A DNA stretch of 58,001 nucleotides, filler included, from Blastocystis sp. subtype 4 (taxonomy: Eukaryota), in the NCBI RefSeq assembly GCF_000743755.1. It is 3 parts of 3 records of this genome, joined end to end, with 100 filler letters (N's around TTAATTAATTAA, not from the genome) between each part and the next. Parts side by side here need not be neighbours in the genome. Positions count along the whole stretch, not along the records: positions 19,547 to 38,734 come from NW_014569335.1; 2 more parts are not named here. One strand, 5' to 3'. Below the pieces are notes generated by a model. The model was not told the origin of the DNA. It saw nothing but the letters and a program-made list of their open reading frames with translations, and searched no databases. Numbering within the stretch: position 1 is the first letter of the stretch; each line of letters begins with the position of its first letter. This document shows positions 24,335-35,889 of the stretch, one piece after another. The translations under genes were made by a program, and so were the position numbers.

Positions 24335-26512
24335 CTATTCCACAGGTCCCATCTCCACCACATCCGATTTGCCCTTACAGCATCCACCTTTCTTTTTCTT
24401 GGGTTTTTCTTGTACTGTAGGTGCTAGTGATTATTCCAAAGTACAAAAGTTACCAGGTTCTACTACCTTCTCTTCAAGAGAAACAGAAGGAATAATTGCA
24501 TGAAGACGTTGATCGCACTCAGTCAGTCGTTGAGTTATTGCAGTCTTGCTATCAGCTGTACGAAGATACTTATCACTTTGAATCAATTCCAGAATCTCTT
24601 CCAGTTCAGCATCTTCCTTCTCTACAGCACGCATTGCTTCACTCTTTGGTTTTACAGTTTCGTCTTCTTTAGGAGCTTCATCTTTAGGAGCTTCGTCTTC
24701 TTTAGGGGCCTCACCTTCTTTAGGGGCCTCACCCTCTTTAGGAACTTCACCTTCTTTAGGAGCCTCACTCTCTTTCGCTTCTGCTTCCTTTACAGCCTCC
24801 ATCACTTTCTGCAGATTACGCTGCACTCTCTCATAATCCTTCATCAACTGACCACGTTCATCCTTCAAGCCCACACGATATCCTTCATCCACAGTTGTTT
24901 GAGCTACAAACGCACTCAAGTCCGCTCCCAAGGTTGGCCATTGCTCAGCCAACTCATCCTTCACATCCATCTTCATGTTTGTACGGGTATGCGAAATTTT
25001 GAGAATACCAGGTATAGCCCAAGCAGCTTGATTGGCTGCATGCAAAGCTGCACTTGGCCAATACAAGACATCTAAGAAAGCAGGATCAATAGCAGCTTGT
25101 TGTGTTAGGATCAGACTTAACAAACGAGCTGTACCCAGAGAAACAGATTCTGGAGTGTTTGCTGATGATGCGAAACGTTTATCCTTCGTATAACGAGTGA
25201 TTGCTTTCTTGAGATAAAGACGAATCTCGTCCAGAGACACCACTGTTCCTAATGGGATAATTTTATCCACTTCTATCTTATTCTGCTTGAGTACCTCGAT
25301 AGTTTGATCGATGAAAGCATGATATGCTTCAATCACATGCTCCTTCTTACATTCACGAATTACTTCCTTGCGAGGTACCTCCTCTGTAAACTCCACAGTA
25401 CTTCCATCCACAACAAACAAATTACGCTCACTCACACGGACCTTCTCTGTATCTACGTTTCATTCTCCTCTCCTGACCCACTTTCACTGAAGAATGATGG
25501 CAAATACTTATGACCTAATTCTTCCACTTGTCTGTTTGCCGATGCATGCTTCCAGAGCTTCTTGTGCTCTGCGTTGTTCTTACGAATTGCTTCAGCAACT
25601 GCATGCTCTAAAGCACGCACATTCGCCTCTTTTGAATGCAAATGACATTTAATCTTCCAATGATGCTATAAATGAAACGCCCATTCATCCATTTACTCGC
25701 TGAATTCCAACAAGATACACATTCGAGCAAGTATAAGCAAAGTCAAAGACCAAATAGTACTTGCTTACCTTCTTGTCTTCCGTATATGCCTGCTTCCAAA
25801 GGTCATAGCAAGCTGAAATAGCGATAGGAAGTGAACGATGTACAAATGATGATTCAGGGAGATTGAAAGAAGAAAGAATAGTTCGCAAGCGAGAGATATC
25901 AGAGAGTTCATAGGAAGTCGGAACCTTAATCTCAACAAGTATTCTACATTTCTACTGAATACAACGTAGGCATCTGTTGCAATGAATCTTTCATTTGAGA
26001 TTGAGCCATGTACGTCAACAGCCAATCCGCTGAAAGATTATTTTGATTCAAAACGCAGAAATTATCATATGCCAACTGTAAACCCATTGTCTGAGCAGCA
26101 CTCAATTCTTTCTCACAATCCTTTGTTTGGAGAGAAATGTAAATTTGGTCATTCTTCTTTTCCAGAGGAATAGCAGAATACAGCTTTTCGTGCTCCAAAT
26201 CCAAATCTCCCTTCAAATACTCAATAGTGAAAGGAGCGATGCACTTGACATTCTTCTCGTCCTACAAAGGACCAAATACAAACAATTCCTACAACCGGAT
26301 CCACGTGGGAAGCAACTGCCAGGGTAGAGTCATTATACTCCACTTGACATCTACATCTCACTTCAACATCCATATACCAACTTGTTTTCACTCTCCTTCT
26401 TTTCATTCAATACAACATCTATTCTTGGTTCAGTTGCTCCATCATTCGAAGGAGTTGCCAACGCCACAAAATGGGATCCAAATCCAATATCAATACCAAT
26501 CAAACTATTCAT
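24335..26512 (-). CDS. Divergent Hsp70/Hsp110-fold protein (multi-exon)
   Basis: MNSLIGIDIGFG...IDVVLNE, YYLVFDFAYTCSNVYLV, PESVSLGTA. A last exon after an intron encodes PKKKKGGCCKGKSDVVEMGPVE*. Confidence 0.6.
24660..24775 (-). repeat. About 18-nt coding tandem repeat (EAPKEG/EAPKED units)
   Basis: Repeated CTCACCTTCTTTAGG(G/A)GC-like units. Confidence 0.8.
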
Positions 26513-26682
26513 TGAACGATAGATTGCACATTTCCAGAATTGCACGGTTTGACAAATATCAACCCGATTTTGATCATGCAACAATGAACCCTCAATTATT
26601 GTCTGTTTGTGTTCATATTTAACTGTACCAATGCTACAAATTGCAACAAACAAATACTCAAAGATACTATACAAGAACACAA

Positions 26683-28001
26683 TCAAACTTCTATTGAATA
26701 AGGACCAAAATACTGATTTCCATATCCGAGAACAGCATAGCAAGAGAGACCAGGTGTATCAACAGAATCCGCCGTAATCACAACCGATTCCCTATCAAAG
26801 TACCCTACCTACCGTTAATACAACTACTGGACCCTACATTCTGACCTAAAACAACTACATCCCGAGAAGAAACAGGAATCTGCTTGTTTGTGTAGAAAAT
26901 GTACAAATCTCCCTCTCCTAGCACAAATATAATTCCTCGGAGTTGTTTATTATTGACTTCAAGAGAGATCCACTCAAGGGAGTATGAAACTAGATCCTCC
27001 CTTGAAATCTCTTCTTGTCGGCTTTTCACTGCAAGAACTCTCTTTGCATCCTTCAGTGACGATAATAATACCCCTCTTTCACTAATCTCAATGTTACTCA
27101 GAGTCTCTGGAAGGACTGTCACTATTGATTATCAAATATCTCATTGGATACTTCCTCCAAATCTTCGATATTTCACACCCACCTGTTGTTGCGATGCTAA
27201 TCCTCAAACTCTCCTTCAATCCTTACCGCTCAATTGGTTTACCCAAACATGCATTCTATGCGACCTCCAGACTTCTTCTGGCTTCGAACTCTGAATCCGG
27301 AACTTCTTTGTTGTCATCGTATGAACACAATTCTTGGTGACTGCTACTGCGTAAAATCCATATAAGGCATTGTCCAATTGATGACAATAGACTGTTGACA
27401 CTATCTCACTTGAATGTCTTCGTCTTAGTATAATCAGAAAAGATGTACTTGCCCAGATATATTCCCTCTCGAATAACATTTTCAGTATCCGGATCATCGA
27501 ATCCGTCCAAACGACTCAAGAGATACACATCACCTGTTCCCTCGAAGAAAATATTAACTTTAGCACAACCGTCCTGAAGATCTTCAATATTTTGGATAGT
27601 CAACTTCTGCGAATTGCAAGACAATTGACTAAACGGACAGCGATAATTTAGATACCATGACTGTTTACCATCTACGGTATCGACAAGAATCGAGATAAAT
27701 GGTTTCTGAGTGATCTCAGACAGATCCATAAAGATCCGGAACTTACCCATCGGACCCAATGAAAAGAGATAAGTACTTCGATTTCTCGCTTGCTCGACAG
27801 GAAGTATCTCATCACCATGTTGTAGGAAAGATAGTCGAGTGGACTGAACAGAAGTGACATGACCACTAAGGAAATTTCCATTTATGCGATCAATGAATAT
27901 GGGAAAACCATCTAGACGTAAGTGGAAAGCTGAAACCATTTACCCTCTCCTACAGCTAAAAAGATACATAGGAGAATAATAACAATCCTCCATTGAATCA
28001 T
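26683..28001 (-). CDS. Putative secreted protein of unknown function (spliced)
   Basis: Spliced N-terminus MIQWRIVIILLSFHLRLDG looks like a signal peptide. ORFs at 27406-27939 and 26805-27122. TGTTTGTT at 26645-26652. Confidence 0.5.
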
Positions 28002-28068
28002 TTTCAAGTGAAAGAAGTATAGAATGAGTTTCTTAACAAATCAAGTACGCAAAGAAGGGAAACAAAGA

Positions 28069-29793
28069 TTACATTGGATTTTCACTTTGAAATAGTGTGA
28101 ACGTATGCTTAAAGAAATGCAACATGTCATATACAGATGGATCCGACTCAACCAAATGACTATACATCACAATTCCCTAGAAAATATACTTAAGAAAAAC
28201 TTGATTGACGGTAAAAAAGTGCCGTAATCGAGGTTGAATCACTCCATTCTGTTTCTGAGGAATATCTGCGGCGACTTTCAGGTTGTAGTGTCCCAGAACA
28301 TAAATCTCAATAAATGACAACAACAACCGTGTGCTTGAAGAAGGAAGAATGGCTGGACCCCAACCCTCATCATGAGACTCGGCTTCAGATCTTCCTGTTG
28401 TTATAGACGGTGTAAGGACCTCCTTTTGCCTTTCAGTCATACGTTCAATACATATCCAGAAGGGTTCAAGACATTCTAACTCTTCTTCATGAAAAACCTT
28501 ACAGAGCTTTATACACCACTTCGCACACTCCGCTACACCTGAGAGACTCTGCTGCGAACCAAGAGGAACTCCTTGGACCACACCCATCAAAAGACGCAAA
28601 CAGTAATAAGCCTGCTTGATACAAAGCACCGCGACTGTTGTCTTTTCCTCCTCCGACCCTTGCTTCATCTCATCTCGCAGGGCTACTTCGACAGTCGTCT
28701 CCTCGACACGTGATGGGCTCTGGACGATCTCATCAACGAACTGCTGAATGTATGACGGCTGGTGAACCAGACAGCGAATGATCCCTGTCTCATTCAGCTC
28801 TGCTGCTGTGAACAACGCTCCCCGAAGATGATTACGTGAGCGTGCATCGATGAATCCACATCTCTGTACCAGGACTTCGACACAGTGTACACGATCGTGC
28901 ATCAATGCAAAGGTTAATGCATTCTCGCCTCGGAAACTACGAATGTGAGCTTGAGCTCCATATCGTAGGAGAATATCCACATAGCTGGAAGCACCCACCT
29001 TACAAGCCAACATGAGAGCAGTAATTCCTTCTCTATCCTGCATATTAACAATAGGAAGCTGTCTGGTAGGTAATGATTTGGCAAGTGGTAAAGGAGTTGG
29101 CAGTGATGACGGTAAAGGAAGTGGCGATGAAGCTGAGAGTGTAGATCCAGAAGGCAAAGATACTCCTGGTAACGAGGATGATTCCAATACCTGGGATGAT
29201 GACTTTGTTAAGACCTGTGATGGCTTCATCAACACTGGAAGTGATCTACCAGAGAGTGTGGACACCCTTGATGGAGATAACTTCACAGATTCCTGCTTCG
29301 AAGATGACTGATACTGGGCAGCCGAACAAAGACTCTCCAATATAGCATCACTTCCATTTAGCACGGCATACATCAACACCGTCATTCCATGGGACGCCTG
29401 CAGACGACAATTCGCTCCTGCTTTCAACAATTCATTCACCAAGACTACGAATCAGTAACCCATAAAAGACCAACCTAAATTGTGACTATGAACTGCATAA
29501 AACAAAGCACTGTATCCGTGAGAATCCTGGTCGTTTACTGAAGCACCAGCTAATAATAGCTCTTTCACTCCGGCTACATCTCCTTTTCGAGAGAGGACCA
29601 TGAGCCGAGTCATAGACTTTTCACGCTCTACTGAAGATGTTACTCTTCGTCGTGATACAAAGTGAGTATTCCCAATGACACAATTATTATGGGAATCATC
29701 GATTGTCTAGAATATTCAGGTAGGAAAAGACACATACAGGTGAAGGAGTGGACAGGGATGAATCACTGCAACAAGACATTCGCTTTCGATCAT
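28069..29793 (-). CDS. Ankyrin-repeat protein (spliced)
   Basis: VNDQDSHGYSALFYA, HGMTVLMYAV, DREGITALMLAC, GENALTFAL. Confidence 0.75.
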
Positions 29794-30041
29794 GACTAAG
29801 ACTTATGGAGGAAGTACTCATAAGAAAGAAACCTGAAAATCATCTCAACAAGATCCATCCTCCTACGAGAGTGCAACAATGTCAATGAAAACGATATTCA
29901 AGTCTAATAATAAATCGAAAGGCAGAATTAAATGGAAGAGAATCTATCAATGATGAAGAAAGCACGGCCACTCATTTTGCGTGACAAAAAAACTGCCAAG
30001 TATTGGGAATCAAACGAACTTGTTCATACGTAATCCCTCCT

Positions 30042-31237
30042 ATGGATACCCCTCCTCTCGAACTTGTCTGTGCCGATGATGTATGCATTCGAGCGTGGTG
30101 AGATGTGAAGGTCATTGACATTTCTGCATCGAAGGTGAATAACAGAATAGCAGCTCTTGTTGTTGATGGGACCATTGAAATGTACAAATAGGAACTGAGG
30201 ATGATCTACAGACATGAGTTTGAGAATGGGAAAGACGTAAAAGTTGGTTCATTTGGTACAGAAGATGGGTTGATTCGATGTATTGCATTCAACTCTGATG
30301 CTACGAAATTGTTTTGTGGATGTGAAAATGGAGATGTAGTACTGCTCTCTGTGGACGGTATTAGTTGAAAGCGAACCTAATGTGTAGGCAAGGGGCTATG
30401 GAAATGTCCTGCCAACAAAAAACACGATCATGAAGTTTCAAGGGTATTCTGTTTGAACGATACATCCTATTTCTCTGGTGATCAGGAAGGAGGTTTGAAA
30501 GTGGTTTCTGAAATGTGATTTTATCATAGTTATGGGATCCTGAGACAGAGCACAGTGTAACCAAAACATTTAAACACCACCAAGACTTCATTTCGGGATT
30601 TGCCTATAATGAAGTGGAAGACTGCGTTGTTGTATCTAGTTCTGATGGTTCTGTGTCTGTGATTAGTATGAAGGATCGGGATCTGTTGTATCAGACCATC
30701 AACTGTCAAGACGAGGTTTTGTCTTGTTGTGTGGTGAAGAATGGAAAATATATCTGTGCAGGAACTCAGGAAGGAAGTGTCAATATCATGAAGTGGAATG
30801 AAGAAGAGGTGATCGCTGATCGCATTACCGGTCATCCAGAGAGTATTGATGGGATGTTGAAGATTGACGAAGATACGATCTGTACGGGAAGTGAAGATGG
30901 TGTATTGCGAGTTGTTCAGGTGATTCCTAATCGCTTTCTGGGTGTTGTAGGAATGCATGACGATTTCCCTGTAGAACGAATGGAGGTAGAGATGAAAAAA
31001 ATGAGTAACATGTAGTGGACATTTGAAAGGAAGTATTTGGCAACTTGTTCTCATGACAACAAAGTGCGTTTGTTTGATATGTCAATATTGAACGAAGATG
31101 AGGAAGAGAGTGGGAAGAGAGAACATGAATCGGAGTCATCTGAAGAAGAGGGAGAGAAGGGTGTGAAGGCAAGGAATTTGAAGCGACGTAAAGTGACTCC
31201 CAATAACAAGTCATCTGGTTTCTATGACGATTTGTGA
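30042..31237 (+). CDS. WDR55: WD40 protein, WDR55/JIP5-like
   Basis: HHQDFISG, DRITGHPESID, ICTGSEDGVLRVVQVIPNRFLGVVGMH, LATCSHDNKVR and a C-terminal GFYDDL. Confidence 0.7.
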
Positions 31238-31319
31238 GATGTTTGTTGGAAAGATCTCGATAAATGCATCAAAATACACTTCACTATAGCCATAAGTACT
31301 ATTTCAAAACAAACACACA

Positions 31320-32238
31320 ATGAAGAGAAATATGTGAGAAGGAGACGCTTCGGTATGTTCACGCCAAAACTCATGAACACCAATACAACACAACAGAGAA
31401 CACCTCCAATGATCAGGAAAACAAAGGGAGTCTTTACGAATGGTAAATCTACATTCTTATCACTTCCTTCCTCTCTTACACATATATCCCAAGAATGTAA
31501 TATAACAATAGTAACAAATCGCAGCAATACAAGCTATGTCTGCCACAAATGTAGACATGAACTGAGCTCTTACGATAAACGGAAGAATCACGTACTATCC
31601 ATCACAAGAACCGTAAAAATACTACCTGGAGAACACCCATAATCAGAAGAGCAGGAAAGAAGGCATTGAAGTGAATGTCCAATGCATACAACCATTCTAC
31701 AAACTGTTCCGGACTATGAGGTCGCTGAATCCTCATTGAGTGATTAATCCAGTAACAAGAGATTGTTGCTATTACTAAACCAGCGAGGAGAGAAAAGAAA
31801 ACACTCTGGATCAAGGACTTTCTATTCGTCAAATATATCCCAAGACGTGTACATCAGACAGGTTACACAACCAGGCCGAATTGCAATCGAATAAGCCGCT
31901 GATATACTCTATATGATATACAATAAATTAGACAGCATACTGCAACAAAGAAAAGAGTGATAAGGATGAAAGAAGGATCATCACGCGCCCACTGATTCTT
32001 CGTTTCTAGAACTCATTAGGTCATTTCGCCACTACGTTTTCGCCATGCTGTCATCTTATATCTACTCCTTAGCGAATAACATCAATAGCTACACTTTGGT
32101 CGGAGAAATACATATTTGAATCATTTGAGAGAAAGAGTAGTCCAAATCCATTTGACGAAGACTGAAAATTCGTTTCAGGTACATTGTCCAATATACACGC
32201 TGTTTTCGCGTGTCTGCATTCATATCAAGATTCATCAT
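31320..32238 (-). CDS. UNC50: UNC-50 family Golgi membrane protein (stop completed by poly(A))
   Basis: YLKRIFSLRQMDLDYSFSQM, KNQWARDDPSF, VEWLYALDIHFNAFFP. Confidence 0.9.
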
Positions 32239-32749
32239 CTCTATTGAAGCAAATTTCAAGAATAGGAGAAAAGTGAATGAAGTATGTATTCCTTCCAGAC
32301 TATGGGAAACCAAATACTAGGAAGGCAGTGTTGAGGTGTATAGCCTCATAGTCAACATCAATGAATGCGAGTTACAATTCGTTGTGGTTGTACTTATTTA
32401 GTGTGTATCAACTGTTTCCAGTCTTCCCTTATTAAGTTGTCCAAACAGTGCTACAGTGTTTACTTCATGAAAGCACTCTCCCTGTTCTCCGATGGTAGTA
32501 GAAGACTGGTATGCATTTATTCATTCATCAATCAGCAGCAATAGACTCTGCCACTTTTTATCCGTGGAAAAAAACTACAGATCCACCCACGATGAGTACC
32601 CTAATTATCCTATTACTGGTGGGGACGGAAACGAAAATAGTGAACTGTACTTGTTAAGAAAAATGATTGGCTAACTTGATTATCGTCGAATTCAATACTG
32701 CGAGTCACTATTCTTTCCTCTTGAGACTAGAAGGCCGCGAATTCTACGA

Positions 32750-34017
32750 ATGGCGGAAGAATACCAAATACACGATGCTTTTGAGACTGTTCATGTGGGT
32801 TGTGGGTAGTAGTGTCATTATGTAGATTCCCATAGATTTGCAACCGATACAAGGGTATACATGTACGAATGGGTCTTGTCGTCTCAGTTCCATGTTGGAA
32901 CCCGGTCTCAACCCACGATCTATCAACCTCCACCTTGTTCATTCTTCAGATTCGTCATGTATTGTATTGGACATACTATTGAGTAACTAGTGGACTCTTT
33001 AAGTCAAGATGAGAGATACTATCCTAAAAGGGACAGTATATATTCCAACAGAAGCTATGCACTACATAGTACTGGTGTAACATCCACCCCAGTCTCACGT
33101 TCTGACTATGCGTACCCACCACATGTTGCTACTTCTTTTGTTACACCGTTTTCAGAAGCACCTTCTGCGATGACTCAGAATCTTTGTTTGCCCAGCCGTT
33201 CTGTGTCACAGTCTTTTGCCCCTAGATCTGAGAATGGGTTATATCGAACCCCATTATACGCTCAAAGGAGCTCTTTTTCTGACTCTTTTGAGTATCAGCC
33301 TCCAGGATTATTCCACAACTTTTCTTCATCTACCCGTAATCTGCCACCATGGAATGTGGAAAAAGGGATACCGGACAAAACTCCGGTCCACGAACAAGAA
33401 AAACAACATGTATCATCTATGAATAAAGATGAGAGATAGAAACGAACGAAGCGGTCGAAGAAGAACAAAGTGAAAGGGAATGCCGAACACTATGTAATTG
33501 ATCCACAGCGTGTACTCCAAAATAAAGATTCTAGGCAATTTCTTATGATCAAGAACATTCCTAATAGGTAGAATTGGGAAGAGAAGCTGATGTGTAGTTT
33601 CTCTCAGGAGAAACTGCTTTCTATCTTGGAACAATTTGTACAATACCAGATTGAGTTCCTCTATTTACCTTTGGACAGAAACACTGATTGTAATCTGGGT
33701 TATGGATATGTATCACTTGTTGATTCACAAGCTGTTTATACACTTTATATGGCTGTAGTAATCCTATGAATCATTCACTGTAGATGCATATGAAACGTTG
33801 GCCCAATTCTGCTAGTCAAAAACTTTGCGAGATTGTATATGCTCGAATTCAGGGCCATCGGGACTACCTGAAAATGTGTGACAAATGGGAGATTATGACT
33901 GAAGAGCCCAAGTATCATCCCTTTTTCTTCAAACGAGTTGATTGTGTTGTGAATGGAATAAAACAAACTAGAATGATCCGAGCTCCTTCAACCCATTTTC
34001 GTGCCAAACAGGCATAA
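32750..34017 (+). CDS. Mei2-like RNA-binding protein (C-terminal RRM3)
   Basis: DSRQFLMIKNIPN...EFLYLPLDRNTDCNLGYGYV...RWPNSASQKLCEIVYARIQG. Confidence 0.85.
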
Positions 34018-34178
34018 CAACATAGTCGGGTTTCTTCCTTCAGTTGCTTTCCATCTCCTTTGTGTTTGTTCACCTAATCAGATTTTATTGGTTTGACAGG
34101 AGTTTCGTTTCCTTCCGAAGAATAAACTAATTCTCTTTGTAGAATCATCATAGTGGTATTAGTAATTCAGCTCACAAA

Positions 34179-35605
34179 ATGGAAGTAGAAAATGAAAAGA
34201 AAGTGGAGGAATCTCCAAAGGAGACGATGAATGACGAGGAGGAAGATGAAATGAAGAAATATGTAGGAGGATGTATTTCCTTGACTAATTCCAGATGGGA
34301 CCCTATGTTCTAGAAATACAGGATATGGAGAAGAAGATCAAGGATTTGGAGTCTGAAGTAACTCGAACTGTTGGTAAGAGAATTAAAAAGGTTGTGTGAC
34401 TGTATAGGTGCGAAAGAGAGCGATACAGGTCTTTCTCCTCCTAGTCAATGGAATTTGGAGCAGGATAAGCGACGAGTGAATGAAAAGAATTATATGGTAC
34501 GTATTTGACGTGTCTATAACTTGGAGATCGCTCAATGTGTACAATCACTCGTTACGGACCGAAAAGAGCAGGCTTTTGTTGTACAAATTCCTCAGTATGC
34601 GAAAATCGTATCGGGTCTCGAAAAGAATGTATCCGCTGTGGATATTGATGTCGGAAAGCGAGTAGCTGTTACTCAGGAACGGTTTGCTATTGCTGTAGGT
34701 ATGAGGTGTTCATTTGATTGTAGAAAGCACTGGACAATTCGATTGATGCTTCTGTATCAACCATGGAAGTGGAAGAGAAGCCTGATGTGACGTATGATGA
34801 TGTAGGAGGTTGCGATGATGCTCTCAGGGAGCTTCGAGAGGTAGTAGAGATGCCTCTTCTGCATCCTGAACGTTTCACGGATCTTGGAATCGATCCTCCC
34901 AAAGGTGTCCTTCTCTATGGTCCTCCTGGTACCGGAAAGACACTGTCTGCACGTGCAGTGGCCAATCGTACCGAAGCTACCTTCATTCGCGTGTTGGGAA
35001 GTGAGTTGGTTCAGAAGTATGTAGGAGAAGGAGCGCGAATGGTGCGTGAATTGTTCCAGTTGGCTCGAAGCAAGAAGGCTTGTATTGTAGGACCTGTCCC
35101 TATCTTGGAACGTAGATCTTCTTCGATGAGGTAGATAGTATTGGAGGAACACGATTCGATGGGGATGGAGACAGTGGTGACACTGATGTACAAAACACGA
35201 TGTTGGAACTAGTGAACCAACTTGACGGATTTGATGCACGCGGTAATATCAAAGTGCTGATGGCCACAAACAGACCGGATACACTAGATCCTGCATTGAA
35301 GCGACCAGGTCGTCTTGATCGCAAAGTGGAATTTGCGTTACCAGATCTGGAGGGTCGTACTCAGATATTCAAGATTCATGCTCGTCCAATGACGTGTGAG
35401 CGTGGGATTCGTTTTGAGTTGTTGGCTCGGTTATGTCCAAACACAACCGGAGCTGAGATTCGGAGCGTTTGTACAGAAGCAGGTATGTTTGCTATTCGTG
35501 CACGTCGTAAAGCAGTCACAGAGGAAGACTTCCTAAATGCCATCGATAAGGTGATTAAGGGTTATCAGAAGTTTTCATCCACCTCCAAGTATATGGTATA
35601 CAATT
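34179..35605 (+). CDS. RPT1: 26S proteasome AAA-ATPase RPT1/PSMC2 (stop completed by poly(A))
   Basis: [49 protein letters not shown] and the conserved end KYMVYN. Confidence 0.95.
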
Positions 35606-35609
35606 CATT

Positions 35610-35617
35610 TGTTTGTT
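35610..35617 (+). promoter_or_regulatory. TGTTTGTT downstream polyadenylation element (representative; also at 11654, 14950, 18750, 20902, 31240, 49179 on + and 2837, 4544, 6424, 26645, 31308 on -)
   Basis: Recurs at gene 3' ends in the sense orientation, usually within a few nt of the stop position. Confidence 0.85.
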
Positions 35618-35889
35618 GGAACTAGCATATGGTGCAAAAGGTAGGTAGGTACAAAAAGAAAATGGGGCATGTAGCAGCATTGTACTGTAGTAGAAACGAT
35701 AATTCATCTATATCCGTATTCAAATTCGGTAGTTCCAACTGAATAAGGAAATAGAGAAAAGACACGATATATGCGTTCAGTATTCTGTATAGTGGAAGCT
35801 TGATATCTATGGAATCCCAAAATGATTTCATTCTCTTACTGCTATTCAACATCATTTGGAGTGATCAACAATTGTATTTAGGCATATAA

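Noticed and set aside
32329..32357. Small hairpin (TGTTGAGG...CCTCA...TCAACA) in the UNC50/Mei2 divergent intergenic region
   Set aside because: Too short, and no snoRNA or tRNA boxes could be supported.
35622..35855. 77-aa minus-strand ORF downstream of RPT1
   Set aside because: No family similarity or 3' motif support, so likely chance or a relic.
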